Assembly: GCA_000146465.1 (NCBI GenBank)
Contig: CP001948.1
DNA length: 64,000 bases
Strand: one strand, 5' to 3'
Shown here: positions 1 through 10,394 of the stretch, piece after piece
Layout: each line of letters opens with the position of its first letter
Numbering within the stretch: position 1 is the first letter of the stretch
Program-made: the position numbers and the translations under genes
The notes under the pieces: model-generated
Seen by the model: only the letters and a program-made list of their open reading frames with translations
What the model was told of the DNA's origin: nothing
Databases searched by the model: none

Positions 1-25
1 GTTCTATCTCCGAGAAGTTTTTAAG

Positions 26-1624
26 ATGAAGGAGTTTAGGACAAACCAGAGAGAAGTTATACAGGCATGTCTGTCGGGGAAGGATGTATTTGTGTTGATG
101 CCTACAGGAGGAGGAAAAAGCATCTGCTACCAACTACCGGCTCTTGTTTACGAAGGTGTTACAATTGTTGTAAGTCCCCTTCTCTCTCTTGTGCAGGACC
201 AGATTCTGAATCTTCTGCAGAAGGATATTCTTGCACTTCCAATTAACTCGAATCTGAGTCGGACGGAAAGAAGGCTTGTGTTTGAGGCTCTCGGAAGTGA
301 CGAGCTAATTTGCAAGATATTCTATGTGACACCCGAGCTTATTGCAAAGAGCGGGCATTTCCACGAGGTGGTATCTGGGCTTGTCAGAAGAGGGAGACTG
401 AAGAGGTTTGTGATAGACGAAGCCCACTGTGTTAGCCAATGGGGACATGACTTCCGGCCGGATTACAAGGAGCTTGGGAGTATAAGGAGAAGATATCCTT
501 CGGTTCCTATTATAGCGCTGACAGCTACGGCAACGAAGAAGGTTGAGCTAGACATCTTGGAGAATCTTGGGATTCGAGGGTGTGAGACATTCAAGATGAG
601 TTTCAACAGGGCAAACCTGAGATATGAGGTGCGTGCCAAGACAAGCACAGTTGAACTTGACATTGTAAGCTTTGTTCAGACACATTTTCCTGACTGTTGT
701 GGAATAATTTACTGTACATCGAAGAAAGAATGTGAAATGATTAGCGAGAAGCTGAAGAAGCATATGAAGACAGCATTTTACCATGCTGGGCTTAGTAAGA
801 ACGAAAGGAATAGTGTACAAGAGAAGTGGAACAAAGGGGAGTTCAAGGTGATTGTGGCAACAATAGCATTTGGAATGGGGATTGACAAGAAAGATGTGAG
901 GTTTGTTATCCATTACTGCATACCCAAGTCGCTGGAAGGGTACTATCAGGAGACAGGGAGAGCAGGAAGAGACGGGCTGGAGAGTGTATGTGTACTGTTT
1001 TACACGTATGGGGACAAGAAGAAGATCAGTTTTATGATTGAAAAGGGAGATGGAGGATATGAGCAGAAGCAAAGGCAGAAAGAGGATTTGGAGGCGGTTA
1101 TCCAGTTCTGCGAGAACAAGACGGATTGTAGAAGAATGCAAGTACTGGCTCACTTTGGAGAGAAGTTTGATCCTCAGCTGTGCAGAAAGACATGTGACAA
1201 TTGCAGAAGAGAGACGATTGTCAAAAGAGATTATAGCAAGGAGGCCCGGGATCTGATTCTTCTAGTGTATACAAGTAGTCGTATCACCTTATGCCAAGCA
1301 GTGGATGTATATAAGGGACTGTCGAACAAGAAGAGTAGGGAGTACTCCTGGAGTGAGTACTATGGAAAGGGAAAATTGCTGAGGAAGATAACAATAGAGA
1401 GGATTCTCCGGAGCCTTATAAGCCATGGTTATATCCAGGAAAGAGTAGAGTTCATGGAACGGAGGTTTTCGTGGTCATATCTTGTGGCCAGGAAGACAAA
1501 GATTGATAGGCTTGAACTGGATGAGGAGGAGGATTCTGCCAATAAGACTGCGAAGGATAATGGGAGGAAAGAAGCTCCAAAGAGCAGAGGAAATAGAAAA
1601 GGTATAAAAAAGATTAAAAGATGA
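26..1624 (+). CDS. RecQ-family ATP-dependent DNA helicase. Carries the DEAH helicase core and a C-terminal RQC zinc-binding Cys cluster.
   Basis: Walker A motif [17 protein letters not shown]. Motif Ia [16 protein letters not shown] box [20 protein letters not shown]. Motif [17 protein letters not shown] Cys cluster CRRMQ...CDNC. A 532-aa uninterrupted ORF. Confidence 0.9.
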   Translation: MKEFRTNQREVIQACLSGKDVFVLMPTGGGKSICYQLPALVYEGVTIVVSPLLSLVQDQILNLLQKDILALPINSNLSRTERRLVFEALGSDELICKIFYVTPELIAKSGHFHEVVSGLVRRGRLKRFVIDEAHCVSQWGHDFRPDYKELGSIRRRYPSVPIIALTATATKKVELDILENLGIRGCETFKMSFNRANLRYEVRAKTSTVELDIVSFVQTHFPDCCGIIYCTSKKECEMISEKLKKHMKTAFYHAGLSKNERNSVQEKWNKGEFKVIVATIAFGMGIDKKDVRFVIHYCIPKSLEGYYQETGRAGRDGLESVCVLFYTYGDKKKISFMIEKGDGGYEQKQRQKEDLEAVIQFCENKTDCRRMQVLAHFGEKFDPQLCRKTCDNCRRETIVKRDYSKEARDLILLVYTSSRITLCQAVDVYKGLSNKKSREYSWSEYYGKGKLLRKITIERILRSLISHGYIQERVEFMERRFSWSYLVARKTKIDRLELDEEEDSANKTAKDNGRKEAPKSRGNRKGIKKIKR

Positions 1625-1686
1625 TGTTTCTTACTTTTGGAGGTGTAAAAATTCTGTAATTCCTAGAAATACTTGGGTGGAAAAGA

Positions 1687-2817
1687 ATGATAAACTTTGG
1701 TCTGAAGAAGGATATGGATAGATGTGATGTAAGGAAGCAAGTGAAAATACTGGAGAACATGGAAAGGATTAGTAACTGGCTGATTGAGATGGGAGGGGCC
1801 AAAGACAAGAAGGACAAGATGGTGAAGAGATATGTCAGGAACATTCTGAAAAGGAAGTACAAAAGATACAAGAGAATGGGAGTTCTGAACATTGAAGGAA
1901 AGCTTGATGGAGGGGTAGGAAGGCTTTCTGATCTTGGATATTATGAATTGAAGGCACGGAAGGAAGTTGAAGAAGTTCTTAGAGATTCCAAGCTCTGTGG
2001 GTCAGGATTAGAGTTGGAAAGAATATTTAAAGAATACATGGATGTACACCTGTGCAGTGGGTACAAAGAGTTTCTGAGGTGGGTTCATAAGCTTGAGGCA
2101 GACAAAACTAAGTTCAGATATCTGGAATATTTAAACGAGTTGAAGGAGTATCTATGTAGGCTTATGAAGATCAAGTACTTTAGAATGTTCAAGAGATTGA
2201 TGGCCTCTAGGATGGAGATTATCAAGAAAATAGAGGCACAGAGATACATTGAAAAGGACTTCACGAAGGAAGGAGGATTTCCAAAGGTGTACTGTCTTGG
2301 ATGCTCAAGAGAGGTTGCCGGAAGTGTGCTAAAGTATCACCTAAAGGGAAAGAAGCACTCCAAGAAAGGGGATGGAGAAGTTCTTTATAGTGATATAGAG
2401 ACTTTGGAAGCCGAGAATCTGATTCGAAGGGCCTTCTCCGTCCTGGATCGAGAAAGAAAGTATAGCATTTCTTTGTTTTCTAGAAGGAAGAAACTGGTGG
2501 GAGATGGAGTCCCAAAATGGAAGCGCAAGCAAAAAGACCTAGACATAGAGTTTGAGTGTGAGATTTGTGGGTATTTGGGGTACGGTAGAGATGGGTTTGA
2601 TAGGCACTTTGGAGAAGACTTGCACAGGAAGTGTGTAGAGGAGTACGGGATCAGGTATTCTCCTATATTCAAGGGAATTACAAGAATCGGGACTCTTATC
2701 CGGATGAAAGATAGAGTGGAGGAATCGGAAAGCTATTCAGAAGAGTTTGAGGACAGGGACGGAAATGTATTTGACAGGAGGACATATGAGGATCTTAAAA
2801 GGAATAACCTGATCTAG
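1687..2817 (+). CDS. Splicing factor SF3a subunit 3 (PRP9/SF3A3-like), with two U1/matrin-type C2H2 zinc fingers.
   Basis: Two C-x2-C...H-x4-H/C fingers: CLGCSREVAGSVLKYHLKGKKH and CEICGYLGYGRDGFDRHFGEDLHRKC. The C-terminal tail ...DGNVFDRRTYEDLKRNNLI closely matches the conserved SF3A3 C-terminus (..GNV..KKTYEDLKRQGLL). Confidence 0.75.
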   Translation: MINFGLKKDMDRCDVRKQVKILENMERISNWLIEMGGAKDKKDKMVKRYVRNILKRKYKRYKRMGVLNIEGKLDGGVGRLSDLGYYELKARKEVEEVLRDSKLCGSGLELERIFKEYMDVHLCSGYKEFLRWVHKLEADKTKFRYLEYLNELKEYLCRLMKIKYFRMFKRLMASRMEIIKKIEAQRYIEKDFTKEGGFPKVYCLGCSREVAGSVLKYHLKGKKHSKKGDGEVLYSDIETLEAENLIRRAFSVLDRERKYSISLFSRRKKLVGDGVPKWKRKQKDLDIEFECEICGYLGYGRDGFDRHFGEDLHRKCVEEYGIRYSPIFKGITRIGTLIRMKDRVEESESYSEEFEDRDGNVFDRRTYEDLKRNNLI

Positions 2818-2840
2818 AATTTACTTTAAGAGGGCCCTTC

Positions 2841-3176
2841 ATGATAAGACTCAAGGAACAGGCTACTTTTGGGAAGATCTACCAGATAAGATATAGAGAC
2901 AGAATGCTGCTGAAGAGACTCAGGGAAATAACCGTGATCCAGACATATGGAATTCGGATGGAGGGAAGCATCACATGCACAAATGAAGGGGATTTATTGA
3001 GAATCCTGAGGAGTTTGGCTCCCAAGAAGAAGGACATAGCAATACTGAGTCCTTCTACATTGATAATCAATGAAGAGATATACAAAATGTTCAGAATATT
3101 AAATGCAGCAGGGATATCGCTATTTCTGTTTGTTCTCCAAGACAACCCGGTTTGGTACATAGATGAAGTGTTGTAG
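2841..3176 (+). CDS. Hypothetical protein (111 aa).
   Basis: ORF fills the gap between flanking genes. No recognisable motif. Confidence 0.3.
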   Translation: MIRLKEQATFGKIYQIRYRDRMLLKRLREITVIQTYGIRMEGSITCTNEGDLLRILRSLAPKKKDIAILSPSTLIINEEIYKMFRILNAAGISLFLFVLQDNPVWYIDEVL

Positions 3177-3194
3177 GGTGAGGTGGATGCGTCT

Positions 3195-3476
3195 TTAGTT
3201 GCTGAAGTTTATTTTCCTTGCAGAGCTATACCTTTTTGATTCGGGGCTACCCATAATTTCTATACGGCTGCTAGGAGACAAGACCTTCACCCTTTTCTTA
3301 GGTGTTCCTATCTTCTTTGGTGTTTCCACAGCCTTTTTGATCTTCAGGGATCTGCTTCGTTTCAGTGGCTTGGTGGGTTTCTTTCTTATCAGTATGTCCA
3401 CGGAATTGACTTTTTTAAAGCACTCCTTTGCACTCCAGGCTCCGGAATTCTCCATTTGCAGTGGGATGCTGGGCAT
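3195..3476 (-). CDS. Hypothetical lysine-rich basic protein (93 aa). It competes with the overlapping hydrophobic plus-strand ORF 3199-3567.
   Basis: ORF only. K/R-rich sequence such as KKPTKPLKRSRSLKIKKAVETPKKIGTPKKRVK. Would sit divergent to the Dus gene. Confidence 0.25.
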   Translation of the reverse strand: MPSIPLQMENSGAWSAKECFKKVNSVDILIRKKPTKPLKRSRSLKIKKAVETPKKIGTPKKRVKVLSPSSRIEIMGSPESKRYSSARKINFSN

Positions 3477-3539
3477 TATTTATCTGTTTTTTGGAGGGAA
3501 GTTCTCTAGATACACTTTGCTTGCGGAAAGCACAATGAT

Positions 3540-4613
3540 ATGGTTAGAACAGATGCTTTACCCATGAATCTGGGGATAGAAATCAGCTTGGCGCCTATGA
3601 TGGATGTAACAACAGCCCACTTCAGAAGACTCATTAGATTAACGTCCTCGTCGACTATTCTATTTACAGAAATGATTGTGTCTAACACAGTGATCCATAT
3701 TTCCCGAGATCGTCTAAGAGAGAAGCTTGGAGAGTATGACGACAAGACAGTTGTACAAATAGGGGGGAGTGATGCGGGGCAGATAGTAGAAGCCGTAAAG
3801 ATCTTGCAGGATCTTGGATACAGGATGTTTAATCTTAATTGTGGCTGTCCTAGCTCGCGAGTGAAGAAGGGAAGCTTCGGGGCCGTCCTCATGCTTAACA
3901 AGGAGTTAGTTGCAGAGATAATCAACAAAGTTTATAAGGAGACAGGGGAAATTTTGAGTCTCAAAATTCGAGTGGGAGTGGATAACCATGAAGGTATAGA
4001 TTTCCTGAAGGAATTTGTTGGATACATAAAGGAAAATACCCCAAATAGGACGTTCTATGTCCATGCACGGAAGTGCTGGCTGGAAGGGCTTTCTCCGGAG
4101 CAGAACAGAAAGCTACCCCCTCTTGATTATGACAGTGTGTATATGATCAAGAGACTTTATCCAGAACTCAAGATTGTTCTTAACGGATGCATTGGAATCA
4201 ACAACCTGGATAGAATAAAAGACTTGGATGGAGTGATGGTAGGGAGAGAAGCTATCCGGGATATACTTGTCTTCTGGGACATTGACCGTAAGTTGTCTAT
4301 GAAGTGCGATAAAGGAGAGAGAAGGGATTGCGAGGAACTATTCCCATTTGATATGGACATGAAGAAGATCGAATGCAGATCAGACTCGGAAGCCAAGGAA
4401 TGGAGAGCCCAGAAGATTCGGTCTGTTGTCAGGGAATACTTTGAAGGGTTTCCGCCCTCTGATCAACTGAAGTCTATTCATATCCAGCCAATAATCAATC
4501 TTATGAGGGGGAAGAAAGGCTGTAAGGAATATAGAAGGAAGCTTAACTCTCTTTTGATGGAAAGAGTAAAGGCCGGTGAGGCATATGGCCTGATAGTAGA
4601 ACATCTCAAGTAA
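3540..4613 (+). CDS. tRNA-dihydrouridine synthase (Dus family). The true start may be the internal Met at about 3564.
   Basis: Dus TIM-barrel signatures: LAPMMDVTTAHFRRL near the N-terminus, and NLNCGCPSSRVKKGSFGAVLM containing the catalytic Cys. Confidence 0.85.
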   Translation: MVRTDALPMNLGIEISLAPMMDVTTAHFRRLIRLTSSSTILFTEMIVSNTVIHISRDRLREKLGEYDDKTVVQIGGSDAGQIVEAVKILQDLGYRMFNLNCGCPSSRVKKGSFGAVLMLNKELVAEIINKVYKETGEILSLKIRVGVDNHEGIDFLKEFVGYIKENTPNRTFYVHARKCWLEGLSPEQNRKLPPLDYDSVYMIKRLYPELKIVLNGCIGINNLDRIKDLDGVMVGREAIRDILVFWDIDRKLSMKCDKGERRDCEELFPFDMDMKKIECRSDSEAKEWRAQKIRSVVREYFEGFPPSDQLKSIHIQPIINLMRGKKGCKEYRRKLNSLLMERVKAGEAYGLIVEHLK

Positions 4614-4639
4614 TATAAGTAAAGAAAAATAACAACCCA

Positions 4640-5065
4640 TTGATGACAGAGCCTATCACCAGAGAAACGAGATTCAACGAACTTCCACAACAAATAAAGC
4701 AGAAATTGATCAATATCTATCGGAGCTCACATCAGCAATATCTGTCGATGGAAATGCTGAAGCCGACAAAGTTCAATCTTTTATACTCGCAAACACAAGA
4801 TCTACAGACAAGGAATCTGCAAAAAAATTTTAGGCTTCTTGTGGAGAGCGCAGAGAAGCTGAAAAGGATGTGGTATCTCTGCAAGGATGAGGTGGATTTC
4901 CGGTACCTACATGAAAACCTGAAGAAGGCGTTGGACGAGCTCAAGGGAGAGGTGATGCTGTACAAGAAGAATGAGGGAAACACAGAGTTTCTTGATGAGA
5001 TCTCTATGACATATGGGATGCTCAAGAACAAGCTTGAGAGCCTTACGAAGGAAAAAAGGATGTAG
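4640..5065 (+). CDS. Hypothetical coiled-coil protein (141 aa).
   Basis: ORF with heptad-like charged sequence. No family assigned. Confidence 0.4.
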   Translation: MMTEPITRETRFNELPQQIKQKLINIYRSSHQQYLSMEMLKPTKFNLLYSQTQDLQTRNLQKNFRLLVESAEKLKRMWYLCKDEVDFRYLHENLKKALDELKGEVMLYKKNEGNTEFLDEISMTYGMLKNKLESLTKEKRM

Positions 5066-5258
5066 GAGGGGTATAGTTTGTCACTATTAAATAAGCTTTA
5101 GTCTAGTGTTTTGTTGTAGATTTCTGTGGTCTGGATTTACAGGTGTCTTGGGCACGGTTTAGGAGGAGATGCGAAGAGGGTCTTTTGGTTGTGCCCTAAG
5201 GTTTATTTACCTGGAAAGAGACTAGATATAAAATTTTGCCCTGGTTGACCCCGACAAG

Positions 5259-6584
5259 ATGAGAGAAATAATTTCATTGCACATAGGACAGGCGGGAGTG
5301 CAGATAGGGAATGCATGCTGGGAACTCTATTGCAAGGAGCATGGGATCTTACCTGATGGGAGACTTGATCAAAACAAGATGGACGACGAGAGTGCAGAAT
5401 CTTTTTTTTCTCAAACAAGTGTTGGGACATACGTTCCGCGCACATTGATGGTTGACCTTGAGCCTGGGGTGCTTGAAAGCATCAAAACAGGGAAGTATCG
5501 AGAGCTGTACCATCCTGGGCAACTTATTTCTGGAAAGGAGGATGCAGCAAACAACTATGCGAGAGGGCATTACACAGTTGGGAAGGAGATAATTGAGCCG
5601 GTGATGGAGCAGATAAGAAGAATGGCAGACAATTGTGATGGGCTGCAGGGGTTCCTGATATACCACAGTTTTGGAGGAGGAACAGGATCTGGATTTGCAT
5701 CTCTAATGATGGACAGACTTGCAGCGGAGTTTGGAAAGAAGAGTAAGCTTGAGTTCAGTGTATATCCGGCACCAAAGATAGCTACAGCAGTTGTAGAGCC
5801 ATACAACAGCATATTGACAACCCATACAACTTTGGACTATTCTGATTGCTCGTTCCTTGTTGACAACGAGGCGATTTATGATATGTGCAGAAACCTAGGG
5901 ATCCAAAGGCCCTATTACACTGACATCAATAGGATAATTGCCCAGGTTGTTTCGTCGATAACAGCATCTCTTCGGTTCCCTGGATCGTTGAATGTCGATC
6001 TAACCGAGTTCCAGACGAATCTGGTTCCTTACCCTCGAATCCACTTCCCCCTTGTTGCATACTCTCCCATGCTGTCGAAAGAAAAGGCAGCACATGAGAA
6101 GCTGAGTGTTCAAGAGATTACAAATGCATGTTTTGAGCCACAAAACCAGATGGTACGATGCGACACAAAGAAGGGAAAGTACATGGCATGCTGTCTCCTG
6201 TTCCGAGGAGATGTGAACCCAAAGGAGGCTAACAATGCAACAGCCAATGTTAAGGCGAAAAGAACCAATCAGTTTGTTGAGTGGTGCCCTACAGGATTCA
6301 AAGTTGGAATAAACAGTAGAAAACCCACTGTTCTCGATGGAGAGGCGATGGCAGAGGTCTCCAGGGCTGTATGTGCACTTTCAAACACTACGGCGATATC
6401 CGAGGCATGGAAGAGGCTTAACAATAAGTTTGACCTAATGTTTTCGAAGCGAGCATTTGTGCATTGGTATGTTGGAGAAGGTATGGAGGAAGGAGAGTTC
6501 AGCGAGGCCCGTGAGGATCTTGCAATGCTCGAAGATGATTATGAAAGAATCTCTTCGAATGCAGAACCCATTGATGAGTATTAA
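5259..6584 (+). CDS. Alpha-tubulin.
   Basis: [31 protein letters not shown]-terminus. GGGTGSG GTP-binding loop. Acidic C-terminal tail ending EY. 441 aa. Confidence 0.95.
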   Translation: MREIISLHIGQAGVQIGNACWELYCKEHGILPDGRLDQNKMDDESAESFFSQTSVGTYVPRTLMVDLEPGVLESIKTGKYRELYHPGQLISGKEDAANNYARGHYTVGKEIIEPVMEQIRRMADNCDGLQGFLIYHSFGGGTGSGFASLMMDRLAAEFGKKSKLEFSVYPAPKIATAVVEPYNSILTTHTTLDYSDCSFLVDNEAIYDMCRNLGIQRPYYTDINRIIAQVVSSITASLRFPGSLNVDLTEFQTNLVPYPRIHFPLVAYSPMLSKEKAAHEKLSVQEITNACFEPQNQMVRCDTKKGKYMACCLLFRGDVNPKEANNATANVKAKRTNQFVEWCPTGFKVGINSRKPTVLDGEAMAEVSRAVCALSNTTAISEAWKRLNNKFDLMFSKRAFVHWYVGEGMEEGEFSEAREDLAMLEDDYERISSNAEPIDEY

Positions 6585-6672
6585 ATTTATTTGGTCAATT
6601 GACATCTCTAGTGTACCTACCTTGAAATCGAAGTTATTCTCTTGTCATAAGGCTAGACTGTATCCCTTGAAA

Positions 6673-7047
6673 ATGGAAGGGGAAGGTAACATGGAAAAGG
6701 TTAAGGAGATGCTCCAAAGATACTCTTCTCGAGGTGGGTCATTCTCTGAGGGAAGCTTTCTGTCTGACATAGATATGTCGGATGCATCTTTTGGATCCTG
6801 GGAAGAGGAGTTGGTAGGTAGAATTATGAAGTCGCTCAGACACTGCAAGGAGATGGCGGAAATGGGGAGAAGAAGGAAAATACGTCTCTCACCCAAGGAG
6901 ACAGCAGAATGTGCATTGATATTGGATAGCATCAAAAGGAACATTAAGGGATTTGGAGAGACAAGGAAAAATTGGATACTCTGGGGTATCCCGATAGGCC
7001 TTTCCTTCCTTGGAATAGCATATATTTCTGCCAAGTATTATTTTTAG
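6673..7047 (+). CDS. Hypothetical tail-anchored membrane protein (about 125 aa). Start moved to the internal Met so it does not overlap the tubulin 3' end.
   Basis: Single C-terminal hydrophobic segment NWILWGIPIGLSFLGIAYISAKYYF. The longer 6457 ORF overlaps the alpha-tubulin CDS. Confidence 0.4.
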   Translation: MEGEGNMEKVKEMLQRYSSRGGSFSEGSFLSDIDMSDASFGSWEEELVGRIMKSLRHCKEMAEMGRRRKIRLSPKETAECALILDSIKRNIKGFGETRKNWILWGIPIGLSFLGIAYISAKYYF

Positions 7048-7109
7048 TCTCCCCTAAAGAAAATAAAGGAATCTTTGGGAGAAGTAAGACGTCTTGTAAA
7101 GGTTTATTC

Positions 7110-7457
7110 TCACACTTTCTCCTCGTCCTTAGACGTCTTTCTGGTCAGCCACTGCATCGCCCTTTGAAGTGATGATTTGACAATGGCAAACAGCTTTTCG
7201 ATTCCAGACAGAAATTGCTTCATAATCCCTGTTTTTTCCCCTATCGGAAAGGGAATCTCAGTGATATATTCCTTGAGCTCATTTATAGTATAGCCCCTAC
7301 TTTTCTCGCTGTGTTTGGGAGGGTTCTGGGCATTCGCAGAGGGCTGTATATTTGATGCTACTTGCTCGTGCATAATGTCGTCTCTTTCCACAATACCATC
7401 TGTATTTCCCTTTTCTTTCGCATGATGTTCTCTTTGCTCCTCCATGTTTGTTGACAA
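7110..7457 (-). CDS. Hypothetical protein (115 aa).
   Basis: ORF in the intergenic space between the tail-anchored gene and the formin. No motif recognised. Confidence 0.35.
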   Translation of the reverse strand: MSTNMEEQREHHAKEKGNTDGIVERDDIMHEQVASNIQPSANAQNPPKHSEKSRGYTINELKEYITEIPFPIGEKTGIMKQFLSGIEKLFAIVKSSLQRAMQWLTRKTSKDEEKV

Positions 7458-7579
7458 GGGTTGTCTTCCCGATATGATTACTCTTCAAGACATCCGGTAG
7501 AAGACACATAAGTCCACCGTGGATCTGGACAGCAATGGTTTGAACGAACCGTTATAAGTTCCCAGGAAAACTAGGACCC

Positions 7580-9619
7580 ATGGAATCCTGGAAGTCAAAG
7601 TCACTGGAGCACATCAATATACAGTTCCGAAGTATAATGGAGGGAATGGGAATAGACGAAGAGAAGCAGCATAAGCTGGCGGCAAAACTGAATCTATCGA
7701 AGAAGATCAGGACCATCACATCGATGCAAAGCCTAGACGAAAGAAAGAAGAAGATTAAGGAGTATGTGATCAAGCTGAAGGATAGGAATAGCGTACTTAA
7801 CCTTTTGAGCTTGTCGGTTTCGCTTGAAACCGGGCCCAAGGTCCTGTATGATATTTTCAATTCCGAGGGAGGACATGATGTGCTTGTGAGGTGTATGAGG
7901 AGAATGGATGAGGAGTTTGGAGATGTGGTCTGTGATGCCCTGTACATTGTTCTATCCAAATACGGGAACCGCTTTCCGCCATTCCTCAGGCCTCTACTTG
8001 ATGGATTTCTTGGGGGGAAGATCCATGAAACAAGATCTTTTTTCAAGATCCTCGAGTTTCTAGTCAACGAGAACAAGGCTGACGAGCTGTTTTTCAGTAC
8101 GGATTTCAACAAATGTGTTTGTAACACCTATCTGTCCAGGATTATGGAATTCATCAAGGGCATTCCGACGATTGAAGAGGAGTTGAACTTTTTGGTTCCT
8201 CTTCTCAAATCCCCAAAGGCTGTACATGTCCGATACATTTTGTTTGTGTCGGACCTTTCACAGCTTGAGCAGAGGGTAAGCAACAAGGAAGTCTTTGAAA
8301 CCATAATAAAGGAGATCAAACCTGGGGTCAGGCAGGATTGGAAGAGGGGCAGAATTAATGAGGTGGTGAGGCTAGCAGAGATGGAGGGGGTGCTTGATAT
8401 TGCATGCTGTGTTTTTGAAGCATTTGCATTTCGAGACAGCAAGGTATTTGCAGATGTCGAGAAAGCTGTGGAAAAGATGAGCATTCTGGAAGGGGTTGAA
8501 GGAGAAAAGAAGGAACTTCCAAAGGTTGAGAAGAAGGAAGAAGTAGTTAGAAAGCCAGAGGCTGGGAAGACAAAGGGGCCAAAAAAGATAATCAAGAAAG
8601 CGGTTAAGAGTGGAGGGCCAACAAAAAGATATGTTCAGGTGAAGTGGACGAAGATGGGAAAGGGAAATAGCCTATGGAGCAAGATAAATATAGAGGAGAT
8701 GGAAAAGACATTTGGGACCGAGGAGTTTGATGGATTTGAAGTGAAAGGGGAAAAGCCAAAGATATCCCATGGGGAAGCAGAGAAAAGAAGGCCAAGTGTA
8801 TTTTCCGAGAAGAAGAACTATGCGATTAACATTGCTCTTGGAAGGGTGAAGGAAAGCAATCGAGATCTGAAGCGGGCAATACTAGATATGAGGGAGGGAC
8901 TTAATGAAAATCTGGTGAAGCAGCTTCTTTTTTACTTTCCGACGGATGAAGAGATCGAGCTGTTACAAAACACCGAGAATGTATTTGGAAGGGGAGAGGA
9001 GTTTTTCAAAGAAAGTATTGAGGAGATAGAGCTTATGAAGAGGTGCCTTTATTACCTTTACTTTATGATATCATTTAGAAATCAGAATGTATGCAAGACT
9101 CTTAGGATTCTGGAGAGGTATTACACAGTACTTCTAGAAAGTAAGGAGTTCCGACGATTTCTAGGGATTACTCTAGTTGCGGGGAACCATCTGAACAGGG
9201 GGAGCTTCTTGGGAAATGCCGAGGGGTTTACTATGGAATCTATTCCAAAGATATTGGAAGTGAAGAATGATGGAGAAAGCCTGCTAAGCCTGCTGAAAAG
9301 AAAGATCGATGGCGAGCAACTGCTCAAGGATCTGAGTGTGGTATATGATGCAAGCGGAGTCAACTTCGAGGCGTTATGCATGGAAGTTGAGGAGCTCAAG
9401 AAGAACTACATCAATGCAAGCGGATCCACCTTTCTTAAGATACAGGAAAGGATGGAGAGTATACAGGAAGAGTACGAGAAGATATGCTCTCTCCACGATA
9501 AGGTTGGAAAGCTCCATCGGGATTGCAAGGAGTACTTTGGGGAGAAGGTTGATGACGAGTTCAATAGCTGGATTATACTTCTTTTGGACAGGATGTCTCA
9601 TGACATGAAAAAGAAGTAG
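7580..9619 (+). CDS. Formin (FH2-domain protein), with a Lys-rich rather than Pro-rich linker.
   Basis: FH2 signature LGITLVAGNHLNRGSFLGNAEGFTMESIPKILEVKN matches the consensus GN-MN-G...A-GF-L. An N-terminal armadillo-like GBD/FH3 region is present. No poly-proline FH1 is visible. Confidence 0.75.
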   Translation: MESWKSKSLEHINIQFRSIMEGMGIDEEKQHKLAAKLNLSKKIRTITSMQSLDERKKKIKEYVIKLKDRNSVLNLLSLSVSLETGPKVLYDIFNSEGGHDVLVRCMRRMDEEFGDVVCDALYIVLSKYGNRFPPFLRPLLDGFLGGKIHETRSFFKILEFLVNENKADELFFSTDFNKCVCNTYLSRIMEFIKGIPTIEEELNFLVPLLKSPKAVHVRYILFVSDLSQLEQRVSNKEVFETIIKEIKPGVRQDWKRGRINEVVRLAEMEGVLDIACCVFEAFAFRDSKVFADVEKAVEKMSILEGVEGEKKELPKVEKKEEVVRKPEAGKTKGPKKIIKKAVKSGGPTKRYVQVKWTKMGKGNSLWSKINIEEMEKTFGTEEFDGFEVKGEKPKISHGEAEKRRPSVFSEKKNYAINIALGRVKESNRDLKRAILDMREGLNENLVKQLLFYFPTDEEIELLQNTENVFGRGEEFFKESIEEIELMKRCLYYLYFMISFRNQNVCKTLRILERYYTVLLESKEFRRFLGITLVAGNHLNRGSFLGNAEGFTMESIPKILEVKNDGESLLSLLKRKIDGEQLLKDLSVVYDASGVNFEALCMEVEELKKNYINASGSTFLKIQERMESIQEEYEKICSLHDKVGKLHRDCKEYFGEKVDDEFNSWIILLLDRMSHDMKKK

Positions 9620-9645
9620 TATTTTGACCATGTCCAAACCCTTGA

Positions 9646-10017
9646 ATGAGAACTATGAAAGAACAATGGGACTCGTTTGAAACAGGGAATCTCACAAAGG
9701 AAACAACAAAGGATCTGTTGAGATTATGTGGATTTGCGCCTCGAGAAAAAGACATATCAATACCTAGGACATTTGATGAGTTTGAGCAGCTTGCGTCCAG
9801 CATTGCATCACCAATACCGAAAGACGAGATGAAGAAGATGTTGAAAATGTTTATACATGAAACACACATCACCAAACAGGATCTTGGAAAGTACATGTCG
9901 ATGGGGGACAAGTTAAGCGAAGAAGAGATGGAGGAGTTCTTTAGAAGCTGTCCATTTGACAGAAACGGGGAGATCACTGCCGACGAGCTTCTTGACTTTC
10001 TGTATGGTTCACAATGA
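9646..10017 (+). CDS. EF-hand calcium-binding protein (calmodulin / myosin light-chain-like).
   Basis: C-terminal EF-hand loop DRNGEITADELLDFL. 123 aa. Confidence 0.6.
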   Translation: MRTMKEQWDSFETGNLTKETTKDLLRLCGFAPREKDISIPRTFDEFEQLASSIASPIPKDEMKKMLKMFIHETHITKQDLGKYMSMGDKLSEEEMEEFFRSCPFDRNGEITADELLDFLYGSQ

Positions 10018-10021
10018 ATAA

Positions 10022-10324
10022 ATGTTTTGTTTTCGTCTGCCTTGCTTTTGTCTTGAAGAGATATTCACTGATAATGATGGCCCTCTGATGCTGACCATTG
10101 ATGAAATAGTGGGGGAAAAGGATCTTGTCCAGCTGTTCCGAACGATTGTAAGGAAAGGGGAAGTAAAGTTCCTAAACAGACAATATATAGTAAAGAGGAT
10201 AAGAGAGTTTGCGCCTTTGTCGATGGAGGATCTTGAGGGGCTTTACGATGAAGATATTCTAGAGGAGCTGGAGAGAAACAGAAGGTGGTCTATTTTAAGG
10301 AGGCTGAAAAGAGACAGGAAATGA
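10022..10324 (+). CDS. Hypothetical protein (100 aa).
   Basis: ORF only, beginning 4 nt after the previous stop. Confidence 0.3.
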   Translation: MFCFRLPCFCLEEIFTDNDGPLMLTIDEIVGEKDLVQLFRTIVRKGEVKFLNRQYIVKRIREFAPLSMEDLEGLYDEDILEELERNRRWSILRRLKRDRK

Positions 10325-10394
10325 GAGCCCTGGCTGATCTGATTGATTTTGCTGTTTCACCCACCCTTATAAACAAAAATACTGAAAATCCCTA

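Noticed and set aside
170-196. GTAAGT...TTGTGCAG (27 nt) that looks like a short intron inside the RecQ gene.
   Set aside because: The segment is in frame and encodes the conserved helicase motif Ia ([12 protein letters not shown]). Removing it would delete an essential motif.
6457-6672. Upstream part of the 196-aa plus ORF overlapping the alpha-tubulin 3' end.
   Set aside because: Overlaps the well-supported tubulin CDS in another frame. An internal Met at 6673 gives a non-overlapping tail-anchored protein.
7552-8127. 191-aa minus-strand ORF.
   Set aside because: Lies antisense within the N-terminal region of the formin gene. Its composition is low-complexity.
10018-10324. Possibility that ORF 10022-10324 is a second exon of the EF-hand gene ending at 10017.
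   Set aside because: The ORFs are in different frames. No GT...AG intron signals lie between them. The EF-hand protein is complete at 123 aa.
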